Origin: Nageia nagi
Lineage: Eukaryota; Plantae; Pinophyta
Reading direction: 5' to 3'
DNA length: 64,000 nt
NCBI GenBank assembly: GCA_050084985.1
Contig: JBITNC010000001.1
Span: 191,828,001 to 191,892,000 of the forward strand
The notes under the pieces are model-generated. The model ran no database searches. It was not told the origin of the DNA and saw only the letters and a program-made list of their open reading frames with translations. Both the position numbers and the translations under genes were made by a program. The stretch's first letter is position 1, and each line of letters starts with the position of its first letter. This document shows positions 38,201-49,596 of this stretch, in pieces.

Positions 38201-41200
38201 TCTTCATCACCAAGTCCATCATGAATACATAACAAGTCTGATTTTCTTATAACAACAGCAAAAACATGGTGTTTGTACTCCCAAAATATAGGCAAATTGA
38301 GTGATTCTCCATCCCTCATAGTTGCATTATGTAGGAGCATCAATAAATCATCAATAATGATGGTTGGGCTCTTGGAAAAGTGGCTGGAATAAGATTGTAA
38401 CAGATCTGGTTTGCTCTTTCCAACAGCCATAAGGGCAATACATTTATCTAACCTCATGCTTTCATTATTTTCCATCATTGTGCCATGCATGAATGAAAGA
38501 TAACTAGCAAATATCTCAAGAAAATAGTGACTGAAAATGAAATGTACAGCAGTAATATAACAACCAATTACACAATTTATTACCTCCCATATGACTTCCA
38601 AACCGTGCCAAATATAAGTGACTTCATCATAAATGCTTTCCTTGGCCAAAAACATGTTGCATACCTTTTCCAATACTATTTCATATTGCTGTAGTAACTT
38701 TTGACTGAATGTGCACATCATGGATGAAGACTTACTCACATTTTCATGCTCAAACCCACAACAACCATGACTATGTGCTTCCATAACTGAAAAAACACTT
38801 TCAAAACCAACCAATGCAAAAAGTATATAACTTAAATTCATGGCAAAACGAAAATAAGTTACCTTCCCAAATATGTTGACATCACCATAAGACACAAATT
38901 TGTGAAACTCATCAAGTTTTCTATCAACAAGCTCATCCTCATCATGCCCCAAAAGAAATAGTACACTGCTGTCATAAAAATCAGAATTCAACTTGTACCT
39001 TTGTGGAATGTTTCCATGGCTGCCCAAGTTTGAATTTATCTTCGTTTTCTCCCTATAACTGATCATAGCACCTTTACACATGAAGTTTTCTATTTTTACC
39101 TTGCCCAAGTTGAGCAAAAGAACACATATGCAATTTTGCAACTCATGCATATCAATCTCAACCCTTATTGCATCAAAAATCATGCAATGTACAGCCATAT
39201 TTGTATAAATTGTAGCCATGCCAATTGTCATCAAAACACTCCAAAGCATTTTGCAATGTAGAATACCAAGTATGAAGAAAGATGCACCAACACTTTTCCA
39301 TTGCAAATAATTGTTTTGACAACACTTATGTATGTAATTCGTCCTTATGCATGCCCAATTAAATTCACCAATCAAATCAGTTTTAGAAGTGTCTTCCAAC
39401 TCCATCAATCTGAAAATGAAGTGATCATTTTCTCATCTGTAACTGTGACACATGCTCAAAATGAAATCAGAAATCATCAAGACAAAATTATGAACAAATG
39501 CATGCCAAGATTCAACAATAAGTGCAACCCATCTATCCCATTTTCCTTTTGAATCATACTCCAAATGTACACAAGTGTCCCAATCAAGTGTGGAATTAGT
39601 TCTTTTGTTGTTCCAAAACTTCATCAAATTTGCAACTGTAAGCCTCTCAATTTCCAATCATGGTGCTTCTTTGTTGGCTGTTCCAACTGTCTAAAAGGCA
39701 GAAAATATCATGTGAACATGTATGATGACAAATGTACCAATTGTCCTCATTTTCTTCTGCAATTTTCTGTTTTTTAAATTAGATTTATTGGCTGCAAAAA
39801 AGTGAGAATTTTGCACCATTCTATCCACATAAGACTTCAAAAGTCCACTCCAAATACCAAAACTGAATCAGCAATTTGTAAATCCATGAAAGCCACAAAA
39901 AGAAGTGAAAAGATACCACATATGTACATGAAAAAGTATCTCCTTCTGTAATGTTCCATGTGAGAAGTGCTCTACACCACCTACCATGCATCCACATGAG
40001 AAAAATCAACATTTTATTTGAAGGAACCATGGCTGTAGTAATTTTACCTTTACATAGCAGAATATGTGAAATGTCAAAGGATTGTCCTCCTCCCATGAGA
40101 TGAATATGAGACATGTCCCATGGCTGAATATGCTTGTGCTTCTCTCCTCCAAAAGAATTCTTACCATATGTGAAAAGAATTTTTGTATCCCATGCATTTA
40201 AAGGTTGATCACAATTCTCGAGTGTGATTGACCTTTCCCCCACAAAACTCTTCACATAAGGAAAGCTAAGGCCATTATGATGACAATTATCTAAGGGCTT
40301 CATTTGGAGTTCTAGTCCATATCTCTCCAAACTTTCACAAACTGAAAATTCTTCAACGCCTTTTTGTATCTTTCCCATAGAGTATGCAAAAAACAAATTT
40401 GAAACATTCTCTAACTCTTTTCCCAAATCATGAGCATCATGTTTCTCATTGAATTTATTCTCAACATGTGTAGGTATAAATGTACAAAAAGAAGTATTTT
40501 GGTTCTCTTTCAAACATACCTTAAGTGGGAGAGTAGCATCTCTAACACCAATCTCTTGAGTGAAATCAATCATGCTAGATGAACCATGCTTCATTGCTGA
40601 AATGTCTTCACAACCTACATTTTCTTCAAAATTTTGTGTTTGGCCCTTTTCCTCTTTTTCAATGGTAGGAACAACTCCAAAATTTTCTGCACAATTCTCC
40701 TCAAGCTCTTCTTTTTGATGGAAAATTTCATATTTCTCTGCTTTTCCCAAAGTTGATAAACCATCTTGACCATTAAAGGTGGGAATGTTTATTTTCTGTT
40801 GCAATTGTCTTTTCTTCCTCTTAGGTTCACTAGTTCCATTTTGTTGCATGCTTGCCCTTTTTAATGTCACTATCTCTTGCCTATTTGCTTCCTCCAATGT
40901 CACCATCTTTTGCATCAAAGCAATCATTGCATCGAACTTCTGTTCATTCTTTTTTCTCCTGAATAGTTCCATGATCAACTCTTAGCAAACATCAAACTTC
41001 AAAACCCTATTGTGCAATTCCTCCAACTTACTGAATCTTCATAAACGTCACCTTCCTGTTTTTCCTCTAAAAAACCCTTCTAGAAGCTTAAAACGGCGTG
41101 CAAAACGCTAAAAAATGCTCCTAAGGGTCAAGTACTTGACATAGCATATTGAATCTGATGCTAAGATTCCAAAATCCACCCTAAATGACCCCCAAAAAAT

Positions 41201-44200
41201 AGGGTTTCCTGATATGGACGAATTTGAGGTTTCTTTTTCTACAACCAATCAAATCACAAAAAAAACCCTGAATTTGAAATTTCTGAAATCTTACCCAAAA
41301 ACTTTTCTGAAACCACATATTTGCAATTTGGCCAAAAGGGTATCCAAATCTGCAATTTTTTTTTCTAAAAAAAATCTCTAAAAATCTGCGATTTTCATTA
41401 GGGCATAAATTTTCACCACCAAAAAACACTTTTCAACATGAATCTGAAATACCCACAAAAGATTTATGAAAGCCCAAATTTTTTTGAACACCCTAATTCA
41501 GAAAAATTCGAAAATTGAGATACCCACAATTGCCACGACTCAAAAAAGTAGACATTGACCACAGGCTGGCAAGATTCTAGCTCTAATACCATTTGTAATG
41601 ACCCAAAAACAAAATTACAGAAATAAAAGTATAGAAAAAATACAGAACTGAAATATTCCTCAAAAGACACCTAGAAATGAGTAATAACCAGCCAAAAGAA
41701 TATATTAAAATATTGCAAGACAATATATGCGTTGGAATAACCAAGGGCACCCACAAAATAACATCAAAATGCATATATAACACCCTCAAAATGCCACGAA
41801 TCTCCTTGAGACTATTTTTGTATTTTTGTGTTTTTAGGGCAATCACACCTTCAATGAAATTGCCAAAGATCCCAACCATGCACCTTCAATGCACTTTGGG
41901 GTGAGCAAGACCTTCAATCTTCACTCATGGAAACTCAAGGGTTTCAGATTTCAATTTCAATAATATCAATAACATGCCCAAAATGGAGCGTTGCATCTCC
42001 TTATATTGAATCCAACCCTAATCTTGCGTTGACCCCTCTAAGCTAATCTAAGCCATTGATTGGCTTTATTACAAATAAAAGTACTTCAAATAACATAAAA
42101 GCTTATTATAATCCAAAGTTGCACTTTTAAGTAGAAATCCACTAAGTTAAGTGGATTTTCTGTGTGTGGCGCAATATGGAAAATTGGTCCCATTGGCGAA
42201 CTTTAAGTAGCCATAACTCCTACGTTTCTTGTCCAAAAAGGGTCGTGTGACCACTTAAAACAAATGCCACAAGATGCTCTATCCAATTTTGAAGGTGCAA
42301 CGGCCATATCTGACTTGTAGAAGAAGAGATTTGTGAAAAATCCCAAATACAAGATATTCTAAACAATAGGATCATTACAAAAGTACATCCAACAATAATG
42401 AAGAAGCATTAAGGTTTGAGAAGCCTAGGGACTAACATTATAAAGGCTACAAAAAACTAGTGTATCATCATCATAGGGATAGAGATAAATCTAATAATGT
42501 CAAAGGGAGCTTGTTCAATATTGTCACATGTTTGAGGCATAGAAATGGTAGCATCATCATCCACCATCGTGAAAGGGCCAATGATAGGTTTGATCACATC
42601 CAAAGATGGTTGCTTAGAGCTAGCTTGATCTCCCTAGACTCTCTCCTAACATCCAAGGCTAATGGATCTATTGTAGTAGAAAGGAAATTGGTGATGCACG
42701 CTTGTCTCCTTGATTTAGGGTGAGAGTGGGAGGCACTAAGTGTCTACGACAATGGATAGAGGGTAGTTGGTGACATATGGAATGAAGATGAGAGTATTGG
42801 GGTACATTGATAGCTATTTGTGGAAGTAGGCATTGTCGCATTGACCTATCCTCTCTATCATGTTGAATGGTGCTATCTAGGTAGTGTTTAGTGCCTTTGA
42901 TGGTGTGGATGAATTGGAAGAAGTTGCTGATCAACTTAGTGTTCCAAGGGTTCTCTCTAGAGGGATTTTGTAGAGCTTTACATTTGAAGATAGTGACCTC
43001 TTGGAGGAAAAAGGCCAAGCATCTCTGATCAAGACAGATGAAAAGATGGATAGAGAACGTCCATATTCCTTGTACAAGTAGTGGTATCTCCCTTGAATCT
43101 TGTAATAAATGGGATGTCAAAAATGAAGTGTTTTCATTCTCCACCTTTTGGAGAGATTAGAGACAACAAGTCCTATCATTGTGAGGAATATGTTGGTCAA
43201 TCTCAACTAGTAGTTGGTGGTAGAAAACTCTTTGCTAATCAAGGGAAACCCTTATACAATGTGACCAATGGCGCTAAAGATAGTTTGGCTCAGTGATGGT
43301 GCCATCAGTAATTTGTAAGAAGTGTTCAATTCAGAAAATAGCCTTGGGGCTAAGAGGCTAGGGGAGAGGTCCAATTTCATATATCATTTAATAATATCAT
43401 CTCTGAAAGATTTGTTAATGACGACCTTAAAGGGTAAAGGCAAGGAGGAGCATCCAATGAGTATTTGAACTGGAAGCTGATCATTGGAGATGTCTATGGA
43501 CTAGAAAAGCAGACTAGCCTCATGATACCAACATTGTATACACTTGATGAGACCTACAAAGTAGACATTAAGCTTTCCTCTGGGCTTAGGAGCTTAATAT
43601 GGCGAGAAATATGTCACTAAATACTTCTCACCATGCACAGGTTCATCATTGGATAGTATGAAAGTTTTGTAGTACCCACTCCCTACGATGACAAAGATAT
43701 GGCCTATCAACCTTGGCTACCCTTCCATGAGCACCTATATAATCGATGTCGGACAGTCATCCATGAGCACCAGTAGATCTTGCATCATGTTAGTTGAAGT
43801 GCTTGATGATGATAATGTTCTCTCTACAATCCTTCAACATTGATTACATCCTTCTGTACCATTTGGTAAATTTTTTAATGCAACATGTTGCTTGGGCAAA
43901 TATTTTACTCTATTTTACCATTGGTGTTAATTTCAGCATTTTCTTAGTTATGAACCCACTATTGAGCTCATAGAGCATCTAGTGTCAAGATTCATTTGTG
44001 AGTTCCATTCATCTGCTGCAGTCACTCATGCACATTTAAATATTTCTTTCTTTTCTATCTTTGTGGATCGTCAATAAGTTTTGTTTCATCGTGAGACATG
44101 TTTTGAGGTCAACATGTATACAACTTCCCAGAATATGCCATCATTGGGAAATGGAGGTCATCTTGTCTAGACTGAATGTGAGCTGCCTGGTATACGAGAA

Positions 44201-45825
44201 GCAGTTCACTTCCTGCCCTTGTATATTTCTCTGAGTCACTTCATATGTCCTGAAAAAATTCTTTCGAGGAAGATAGAGCAACACAAAATGCACACCTGCT
44301 GTGGCGATAATGTGAAGCGAAAATTTATTGTGTCTTCATTTTCAGTATTTTCTCGTGTCTTGTTTCTGAATCATCGTAACTTGAAATTGGATAGACTCAA
44401 GTAAGTGTGCACCGTGTATGAATAGTTTAGCAATACATTTTGGTTGCTTTATATGCTGTCAAAAGGTTTTGGGTTTGGCAATTTAATATTTGTTTTTCTG
44501 GAAAATCAGGTTGGAGCAGGTTTGCCTGTAATAACTACCTTGACACGGTTAAAAGTATCTGGCGATCCAGTGCAGTGCATCATGGGTGCTCTTAGTGGTA
44601 AGAGTTCTTTTTCCAATTGATAAGCGGTAAGAGTTTATTTTTTATTATTAGAATTTCTCTTTCATGTTTTACCAAGATAGCTTCTCATGATTGCTGACAG
44701 AAAGCAGGATGATTCTTCTATAATAATTCAATTAAATTTTAAAGTTTCACCAACCGAGCTTTTACTTTGAAGCAAACTGACTGTGTAGGTACACTGGGAT
44801 ATGTAATGAGTGAATTACAAGGAGGAAAGCCATTAAGCGGAGTTGTTCGAGCAGCTAAAATGCTTGGATTCACAGAACCAGGTTTATAATTAATTGATAA
44901 CTGGTAGTTTTATGCTGGAACTTTTGTCAACACCCGTTTATGCTACATCTACTGCATGGATCAAGCTGTTTTCAAATAGGACAAAGTTCAACAAACAATT
45001 ATATGCTTGTAGAAGTTATCTATATTACTATTTCTGTGGATAAAACATTTACTTGTTCTGGAGCTATCTGTTGGAACTTTATTGACTGCCACCTGTTATT
45101 GTAATGATTGCAGATCCACGTGATGACCTTAGTGGCATGGATGTGGCGAGGAAGGTTAGACTTTAGAACCTTAAACTATTGTCTTTGATTAGCGCTGAGA
45201 CAAGTTTGTTCTAAGCGGAGTGTACACCTTACACTCAATTGCTTGTACAAAACAAGAGATATTTTAAGCAAGAGATCTTCTTTCTTAATTTATTCAAATT
45301 CAACAAATGGTTTATAGTATTATACTGCAGGATTTGGGGTATAGCTGTCTAAAATTTGTGGACTTTATGTAAATTATAGGCACAGTAAAATGGGAAGGGT
45401 TTTAGGTTAAATTGGTTGATCCAAAAGGAGTCTTAAAGATTATCGGATTTGTTTTAACATGAAAAAAAAACAGGGATTGATACTAGCTCGGTTACTTGGA
45501 TGGCGGTTGAACTTGGAGGATGTCGAGGTCTGGGTTATGTCCTAATTTTGTTTTCTGCATGCTAATGATTTATCAATGTGAACGACTTCATTGTAGTTGT
45601 GAGAGTTTTTTTATCAAGCTGGTGATGTATGCATTCTGGGTCTAATTTATGACGTGGTCAGGTGGAAAGCCTCTATCCTTCTGAGATGGGGCCAGAAGTC
45701 ATGCCGATTGATGATTTCCTGAGTAAAGGCCTTCCAACACTTGATCAGATGATGGAGGAGAGAATCAAATGTGCTTCTTCAAATGGCAATGTTATACGCT
45801 ATGTTTGTACGATTGAGAATTCAAG
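14096..45825 (+). CDS. Spliced host gene (5' exons upstream of the window): homoserine dehydrogenase family protein, stand-alone At5g21060-like type; exons 14096-14211, 15397-15450, 44510-44597, 44789-44881, 45114-45154, 45474-45527, 45662-45825
   Basis: Exons join in frame via AG/GT sites: GLTFVDCSASDQTVELLNKVLDLDCCIVLANKKPLTKNI-EFYDKIVSKWRRVRFEST-VGAGLPVITTLTRLKVSGDPVQCIMGALSG-TLGYVMSELQGGKPLSGVVRAAKMLGFTEPD-PRDDLSGMDVARK-GLILARLLGWRLNLEDVE-VESLYPSEMGPE...RYVCTIENSR. Contains the HSDH motifs ANKKP, ESTVGAGLP, SGTL and EPDPRDDLxGxDxARK. Confidence 0.95.
15397..15450 (+). CDS. HSDH-family exon (EFYDKIVSKWRRVRFEST)
   Basis: tgcag/gtaatg boundaries, 54 nt, phase 0/0. Confidence 0.92.
16068..17050 (+). 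mobile_element. Truncated LTR fragment (B-related) abutting the gag of element C
   Basis: Starts tgtaatggttccc; 16310-16410 resembles the reverse complement of 13340-13460; no PBS before gag. Confidence 0.5.
20250..21530 (+). repeat. ~360-bp degenerate tandem repeat (~3.5 copies) within the J LTR
   Basis: ccaatgagagggctccaaa-like motif at ~20558/20916/21280; (a)cctg(t/c)gccta at ~20390/20765/21130/21462; aggtagggt at ~20620/20980/21345. Confidence 0.75.
24207..26315 (+). pseudogene. Fragment of TGTTG-family accessory ORF (homolog of the K ORF)
   Basis: IKWSKVISD...KFYMNLYMVYLLLHG vs K IRWDGIIND...RFYMNSYLVYLLLHG; EKEIKSLKKELA vs KKEVKRLKKELT. Confidence 0.8.
28901..32735 (-). mobile_element. 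Element H: 3.8-kb solo LTR of the TGTTG family
   Basis: Left end tgttggtatgttttcc resembles the reverse complement of J end gaaaagcatcccaaca; right end tgttgtgtaggcacaaca; degenerate TSD gatgc/aatcc. Confidence 0.8.
30720..32560. repeat. Palindrome / half-site repeat array in H, including a ~290-bp-spaced direct duplication (30975 / 31261)
   Basis: Half-sites gtcgcaccgttttggaggagtgctttt; full palindromes at ~32010, 32105, 32203, 32297-32346, ~32508. Confidence 0.8.
34591..35611 (+). repeat. 3' LTR of element C
   Basis: tgtaatgttccc...gggtacattaca; homologous to the G LTRs (reverse complement). Confidence 0.85.
38128..39408 (-). CDS. 426-aa ORF of unknown function in element F
   Basis: Long open frame in AT-rich DNA; its C-terminal part is similar to ORF 37642-38109. 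Confidence 0.45.
   Translation of the reverse strand: MMELEDTSKTDLIGEFNWACIRTNYIHKCCQNNYLQWKSVGASFFILGILHCKMLWSVLMTIGMATIYTNMAVHCMIFDAIRVEIDMHELQNCICVLLLNLGKVKIENFMCKGAMISYREKTKINSNLGSHGNIPQRYKLNSDFYDSSVLFLLGHDEDELVDRKLDEFHKFVSYGDVNIFGKVTYFRFAMNLSYILFALVGFESVFSVMEAHSHGCCGFEHENVSKSSSMMCTFSQKLLQQYEIVLEKVCNMFLAKESIYDEVTYIWHGLEVIWEVINCVIGCYITAVHFIFSHYFLEIFASYLSFMHGTMMENNESMRLDKCIALMAVGKSKPDLLQSYSSHFSKSPTIIIDDLLMLLHNATMRDGESLNLPIFWEYKHHVFAVVIRKSDLLCIHDGLGDEEAIWTFATFRGMTCFHEHHCFDLG
39821..40978 (-). CDS. 385-aa ORF of element F: gag-like N-terminus (coiled coil + KINIPTFNG) followed by unrecognised sequence
   Basis: ORF track; IPTFNG resembles the start of the Ty3/gypsy Gag capsid; the rest is not recognised. 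Confidence 0.5.
   Translation of the reverse strand: MIMELFRRKKNEQKFDAMIALMQKMVTLEEANRQEIVTLKRASMQQNGTSEPKRKKRQLQQKINIPTFNGQDGLSTLGKAEKYEIFHQKEELEENCAENFGVVPTIEKEEKGQTQNFEENVGCEDISAMKHGSSSMIDFTQEIGVRDATLPLKVCLKENQNTSFCTFIPTHVENKFNEKHDAHDLGKELENVSNLFFAYSMGKIQKGVEEFSVCESLERYGLELQMKPLDNCHHNGLSFPYVKSFVGERSITLENCDQPLNAWDTKILFTYGKNSFGGEKHKHIQPWDMSHIHLMGGGQSFDISHILLCKGKITTAMVPSNKMLIFLMWMHGRWCRALLTWNITEGDTFSCTYVVSFHFFLWLSWIYKLLIQFWYLEWTFEVLCG
44510..44597 (+). CDS. HSDH-family exon (VGAGLPVI...GALS)
   Basis: cag/gtaag boundaries; continues EST into VGAGLP. Confidence 0.95.
44789..44881 (+). CDS. HSDH-family exon (GTLGYVMSEL...GFTEP)
   Basis: tag/gt boundaries, phase consistent with neighbours. Confidence 0.95.
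45114..45154 (+). CDS. HSDH-family exon (DPRDDLSGMDVARK)
   Basis: tgcag/gttag boundaries; HSDH signature region. Confidence 0.95.
45474..45527 (+). CDS. HSDH-family exon (GLILARLLGWRLNLEDVE)
   Basis: cag/gtctg boundaries, 54 nt. Confidence 0.92.
45662..45825 (+). CDS. HSDH-family exon (VESLYPSEMGPE...VCTIENS)
   Basis: cag/gtatg boundaries; coincides with ORF 45662..45859. Confidence 0.93.
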
Positions 45826-48399
45826 GTATGATATGGAATACTTTTTTTGTTTTTCTTAAGTAGATACTTATTATTTTTGCAAGTACTGCAAAGTATATTT
45901 TACTTGCCGATATTTGAAGTTATATGTTAGACTTCTCCGCATCTGCATCAAGGCAAATTAGGAGCAAAGTCTTTGAAGTGAGTTTTTTGATTGGAAACAT
46001 TAATTTTCTATGCTGATGTTGAACATTGGGATTAGAAGCCAATGATGGGTGCAAAAAATACCATTTTTTGGCATTATCATGAGCATCAACAACGTGTTTT
46101 ATCGTAGTTATAGATTGCATTATATGATTCAAGTGATGGGTTAGCATCTAATTATAGATGTTTTATACATTAGGAAGATATTTGTATTTTGTAAGAATAA
46201 ATTATGGCATAATTGGAGGGACCTCATGAGGTCTACACCAACTCCCACACAAAATTAAAAATAGGAGAAAGTGTTAGTTGTGATTGTTTAACAACAAATC
46301 TAATTAGAGCCTATATTAGCAGATTCTGTATTCCATAGGTTGTCGGGGAATATGGTTGTATAGCCTCCATAAAAAGGACCATAGTATGAAACAAGGGAAT
46401 TAGACGAGACTTTGTATGTAAACTTCATTATTCAAAATAATATCTCCATCTCTTACCTTTGTTGTTTTTTGCGTGTGGTGTGAGTGAAAAGTGTGGTGAT
46501 CTCCTTCATATGCATCAAGAAAGGGCCCCTTTGCTGCATAGGAGGAAAGATCCAACATGGGAGGAAATATCCACAACTTGTTAGAATAGGGACTTGGTAG
46601 GAGTTTGTTTGCTTTTCTTTCATTGTTGGTAGCTTAGTCTCTTAGCTCTTCTGGTTTTTGCTTCTTATGTGAGGGAAAGGTATGGTGATCTCCTTTATAT
46701 GCAACAAGGAAGGGCCCCCTTGCTTGCATAGGAGGAAGGATCCACAATCCTTTAGAATAGGGATAGAGTAGGAATTTGTTTTCTTTCTGTAAAATCCCCA
46801 ATATAATCTCAAGAGCAAATTAGCCAAATAATTATCAATTAATATCAAAATTACACCCTCAAATATACCACGTCTGGACTAGGGCATCAAACACATGCAA
46901 AAACAAACTAGAAATGCCAACGATCTCCTTAACAACCAAGAATATCACTCAAATATCCAACGTCATGCACAATGAGACAAGATTGCACCAATCACACAAA
47001 ATTATGAGACAAGAATGAGATCCAAGTATGCCACGACTTCAATTATCAAGATAATGATGAGTATAATATCGAACTGGCCCAAGAGGGCTCAACATTGGCC
47101 TCCAAGGAGCCAACTAGGGCATACAAATATGCGAATATGATCATTGCTGGAACAATGGATGGGACAACTACAGTCCCTCAAGATCTAAATCCTCTCCACC
47201 AAAGGAGCTCTCTTCAAACCCTGGAAACCAACTGAATGGTAGGATTGCAACCTCGGAATACCACCGGCTGGACTAAGATGCTACACCTTAGTCGTAGATA
47301 AGCAAGATCCCTCAGCCTGCTAACCCTCCTAGATGCTGCACCTAGGGGAAGATTGCTTGACGTTGTACCAAGACTTGAGTCCACTGGATGGTAGGAGAAA
47401 TAATATCAAATTTAGTATATCCATGTAATGATTCTCCCACGCCTAATATAGCTCAAGTTTGGATCTAGATTGTCACCTCGGAATTATCCATGCCTCCCCT
47501 ATCCAATGTTAGCCTCCTAGAGGCCCTCAAATGCCTCAAACATGTCATAAATGCTCATGCGTGGGGTTTAGAGCCTTCCTAATGTGTGACATGGGCCTCC
47601 AAGGGTGATGGGAGGCCTAAAGTCCAACGTTGGGGTCCTATAAGTCCCCCCATGTCATGCGTTGGGTTTCTAGGAGTCATACATGTGCCTAGATCCTATT
47701 TACATGTCCATAGAAGGCCTTGGGATTCCCACAATCAATTCTTGGGATCTCCAAGTACATAAAACAACATTAAATTATGCTAGCCTATGCTTGGGAGGAA
47801 GACGCCCCACTTGGGGCTCATAGTTTGGTCCAACAAACCATTATTATTTCTATCCCAAGTACTAACAACAAATATATGAATAAAGAAATAAATATTTACA
47901 AGGGGGAGGGGAATCCTTAGGATTCCACAATTAATTATCTTTTTACAAGAGAGGGTGTTACAAAGCCTCCCCTCTCGAATTGCATGCCTCAAGCAATTGT
48001 AAAATGCCACAAAATATTGTCTTCCAAGAATCCTTTTTTTTGGTTAACTGTAGTCCGCTATAGTGGAATGCAACTTCAATAAATCTCCTCCATAATGAAG
48101 ACCCTATATCAAACGTTGGGGTTCCCTCCTCATGCTTCAACATTGCGTGCAAAAATTCTGATATGTTGCTGAGATTTACCCTGCTTCTGGCAATCCGCAT
48201 TAAGCATAAAAAATGCCTGTAAATATTCTGGTGCAATAATGCTTAGAGGACACAAGATTGTATGCAGAAATGCTAATATATTTGTCTATACTAAACATCA
48301 AGTTGTAGTGGTGATCATGTGGAATTCTCCTGAGAAATATACCTGCAAAAACATAAAGAAGAGCAAGCATAAGTGAAAAAAGTTGGAGCCTTTGTTCCA

Positions 48400-49150
48400 T
48401 GGTAGATGCCAAAGCTTCCCCAAGCTCAATGTTGGGTGCAAAACTCCTTTTGTAACCAATGTGAGGTACCCTTTCTTCCTTAGGACCAACGTAGGGTGCA
48501 AAACTCCTTTGTAACCAATGTGAGGTACCCTTTCTTCCGTAGGACCAACGTGGGGTGCCAGACTCCCTCTAGAACCAACGTGAGGTGTTGTGATCCCTTC
48601 ATGTCCGATGGGGAATGCCAAGATTCTTTTATCTCCAACACTGGTTGCCCAAGCCTTTCTAGTCCCAATGTGGGATGACAAGACTCCCTCATGTCCAAAG
48701 TTGGGTGCCCAAACCTCTTTAGGCCCAACGTGGAATGCCAAGATTCCCCCATGTCCAACGTTGGGTGCCCAAACCTCTCTAGGTCCAACCTGGGATGCCA
48801 AGACTCCTCCATGCCCAACATTGGATTTCCAAGCCTCTCCATGCCCAACATGGGATGCCAAGACTCCTCCATGTCTAATGTTGGATTCCCAAGCCTCTCT
48901 AGGCCCAACGTGGGATGCCAAGACTTCTCCATGTCCAACGTTGGGTGCCCAAGCTTCTCCAAGCCCAAAATGAGATGCAAGAGCTCCTTATTGCTCAATG
49001 TCGGGTGCCAAGGCCCCTCCATGTCCAATGTTGGGTACCCAAGCTTCTCCAAGTCCAACATGGGATGCAATAGCTCCTTATTGCTCAACGCCTTGTGTGA
49101 AGACCCTTCCATGTCCAATGTGGAGTGCCATATTGCCTCCTTGCCCAACG
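48400..49150. repeat. 30-bp tandem minisatellite (partly a 60-bp dimer) encoding an HPTL decapeptide repeat downstream of the protease
   Basis: aggcccaacgtggaatgccaagattccccc / atgtccaacgttgggtgcccaaacctctct units; long open frames on both strands. Confidence 0.92.
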
Positions 49151-49596
49151 TTGACTCATCCTCTTTCCTTTTTCCCTCATGGTGTTGCCAAATCACCTCT
49201 AATCTCTTGTTGGTGACTTGTGGACATTTATCTCGGATTCCTTGCAGAGTGTGGATCTTACCATCTATGTCAAAGCTCATGGTGATATTCTTATAATTGG
49301 TGTGAGTATTGCCCAATTCAAATAACCATTGCACACCCAAGATGATGTGAGGATGTCCCTTTAAGGGATATATAATATATAGAAGTCTTTTCTCATTGTG
49401 TGGCTTTGTAATCTTACCCCAAATCTCTCCATGATTTGGTCTACTAATGTGAGTTCCCATTGGCATTGGAAACTTTAAATCCTTCAAACCCCTTGGTCTT
49501 AAGACCCTTCTTCTCCATGAAACCTCCATCAATGAAATTGTGAGAGGCTCTAGGGTCGATTAAGACCATCACATCTTGCCCACCTGCTTGCCCAAT

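Larger units (their letters stand above)
36678..42379 (-). mobile_element. Element F: structurally intact LTR element with atypical interior
   Basis: LTRs 41594-42379 (5') and 36678-37444 (3'); tgtaatgaccc/gggtcattaca terminal IR; perfect TSD aaagt; PBS 41579-41591 (TGGTATTAGAGCT on minus); PPT at ~37445-37458. Confidence 0.93.

Noticed and set aside
14096-45825. Calling the gene the bifunctional aspartokinase-homoserine dehydrogenase
   Set aside because: No AK or ACT domains are in the window, and the motifs (ESTVGAGLP, SGTLGYVMSEL) fit the stand-alone plant HSDH-like family; no gene symbol assigned
46494-46787. ~110-bp direct repeat (46494 and 46683)
   Set aside because: Probably part of an old LTR remnant; boundaries could not be determined
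48590-49296. Plus-strand ORFs over the 30-bp array as real genes
   Set aside because: Explained by a stop-poor tandem unit whose length is a multiple of 3
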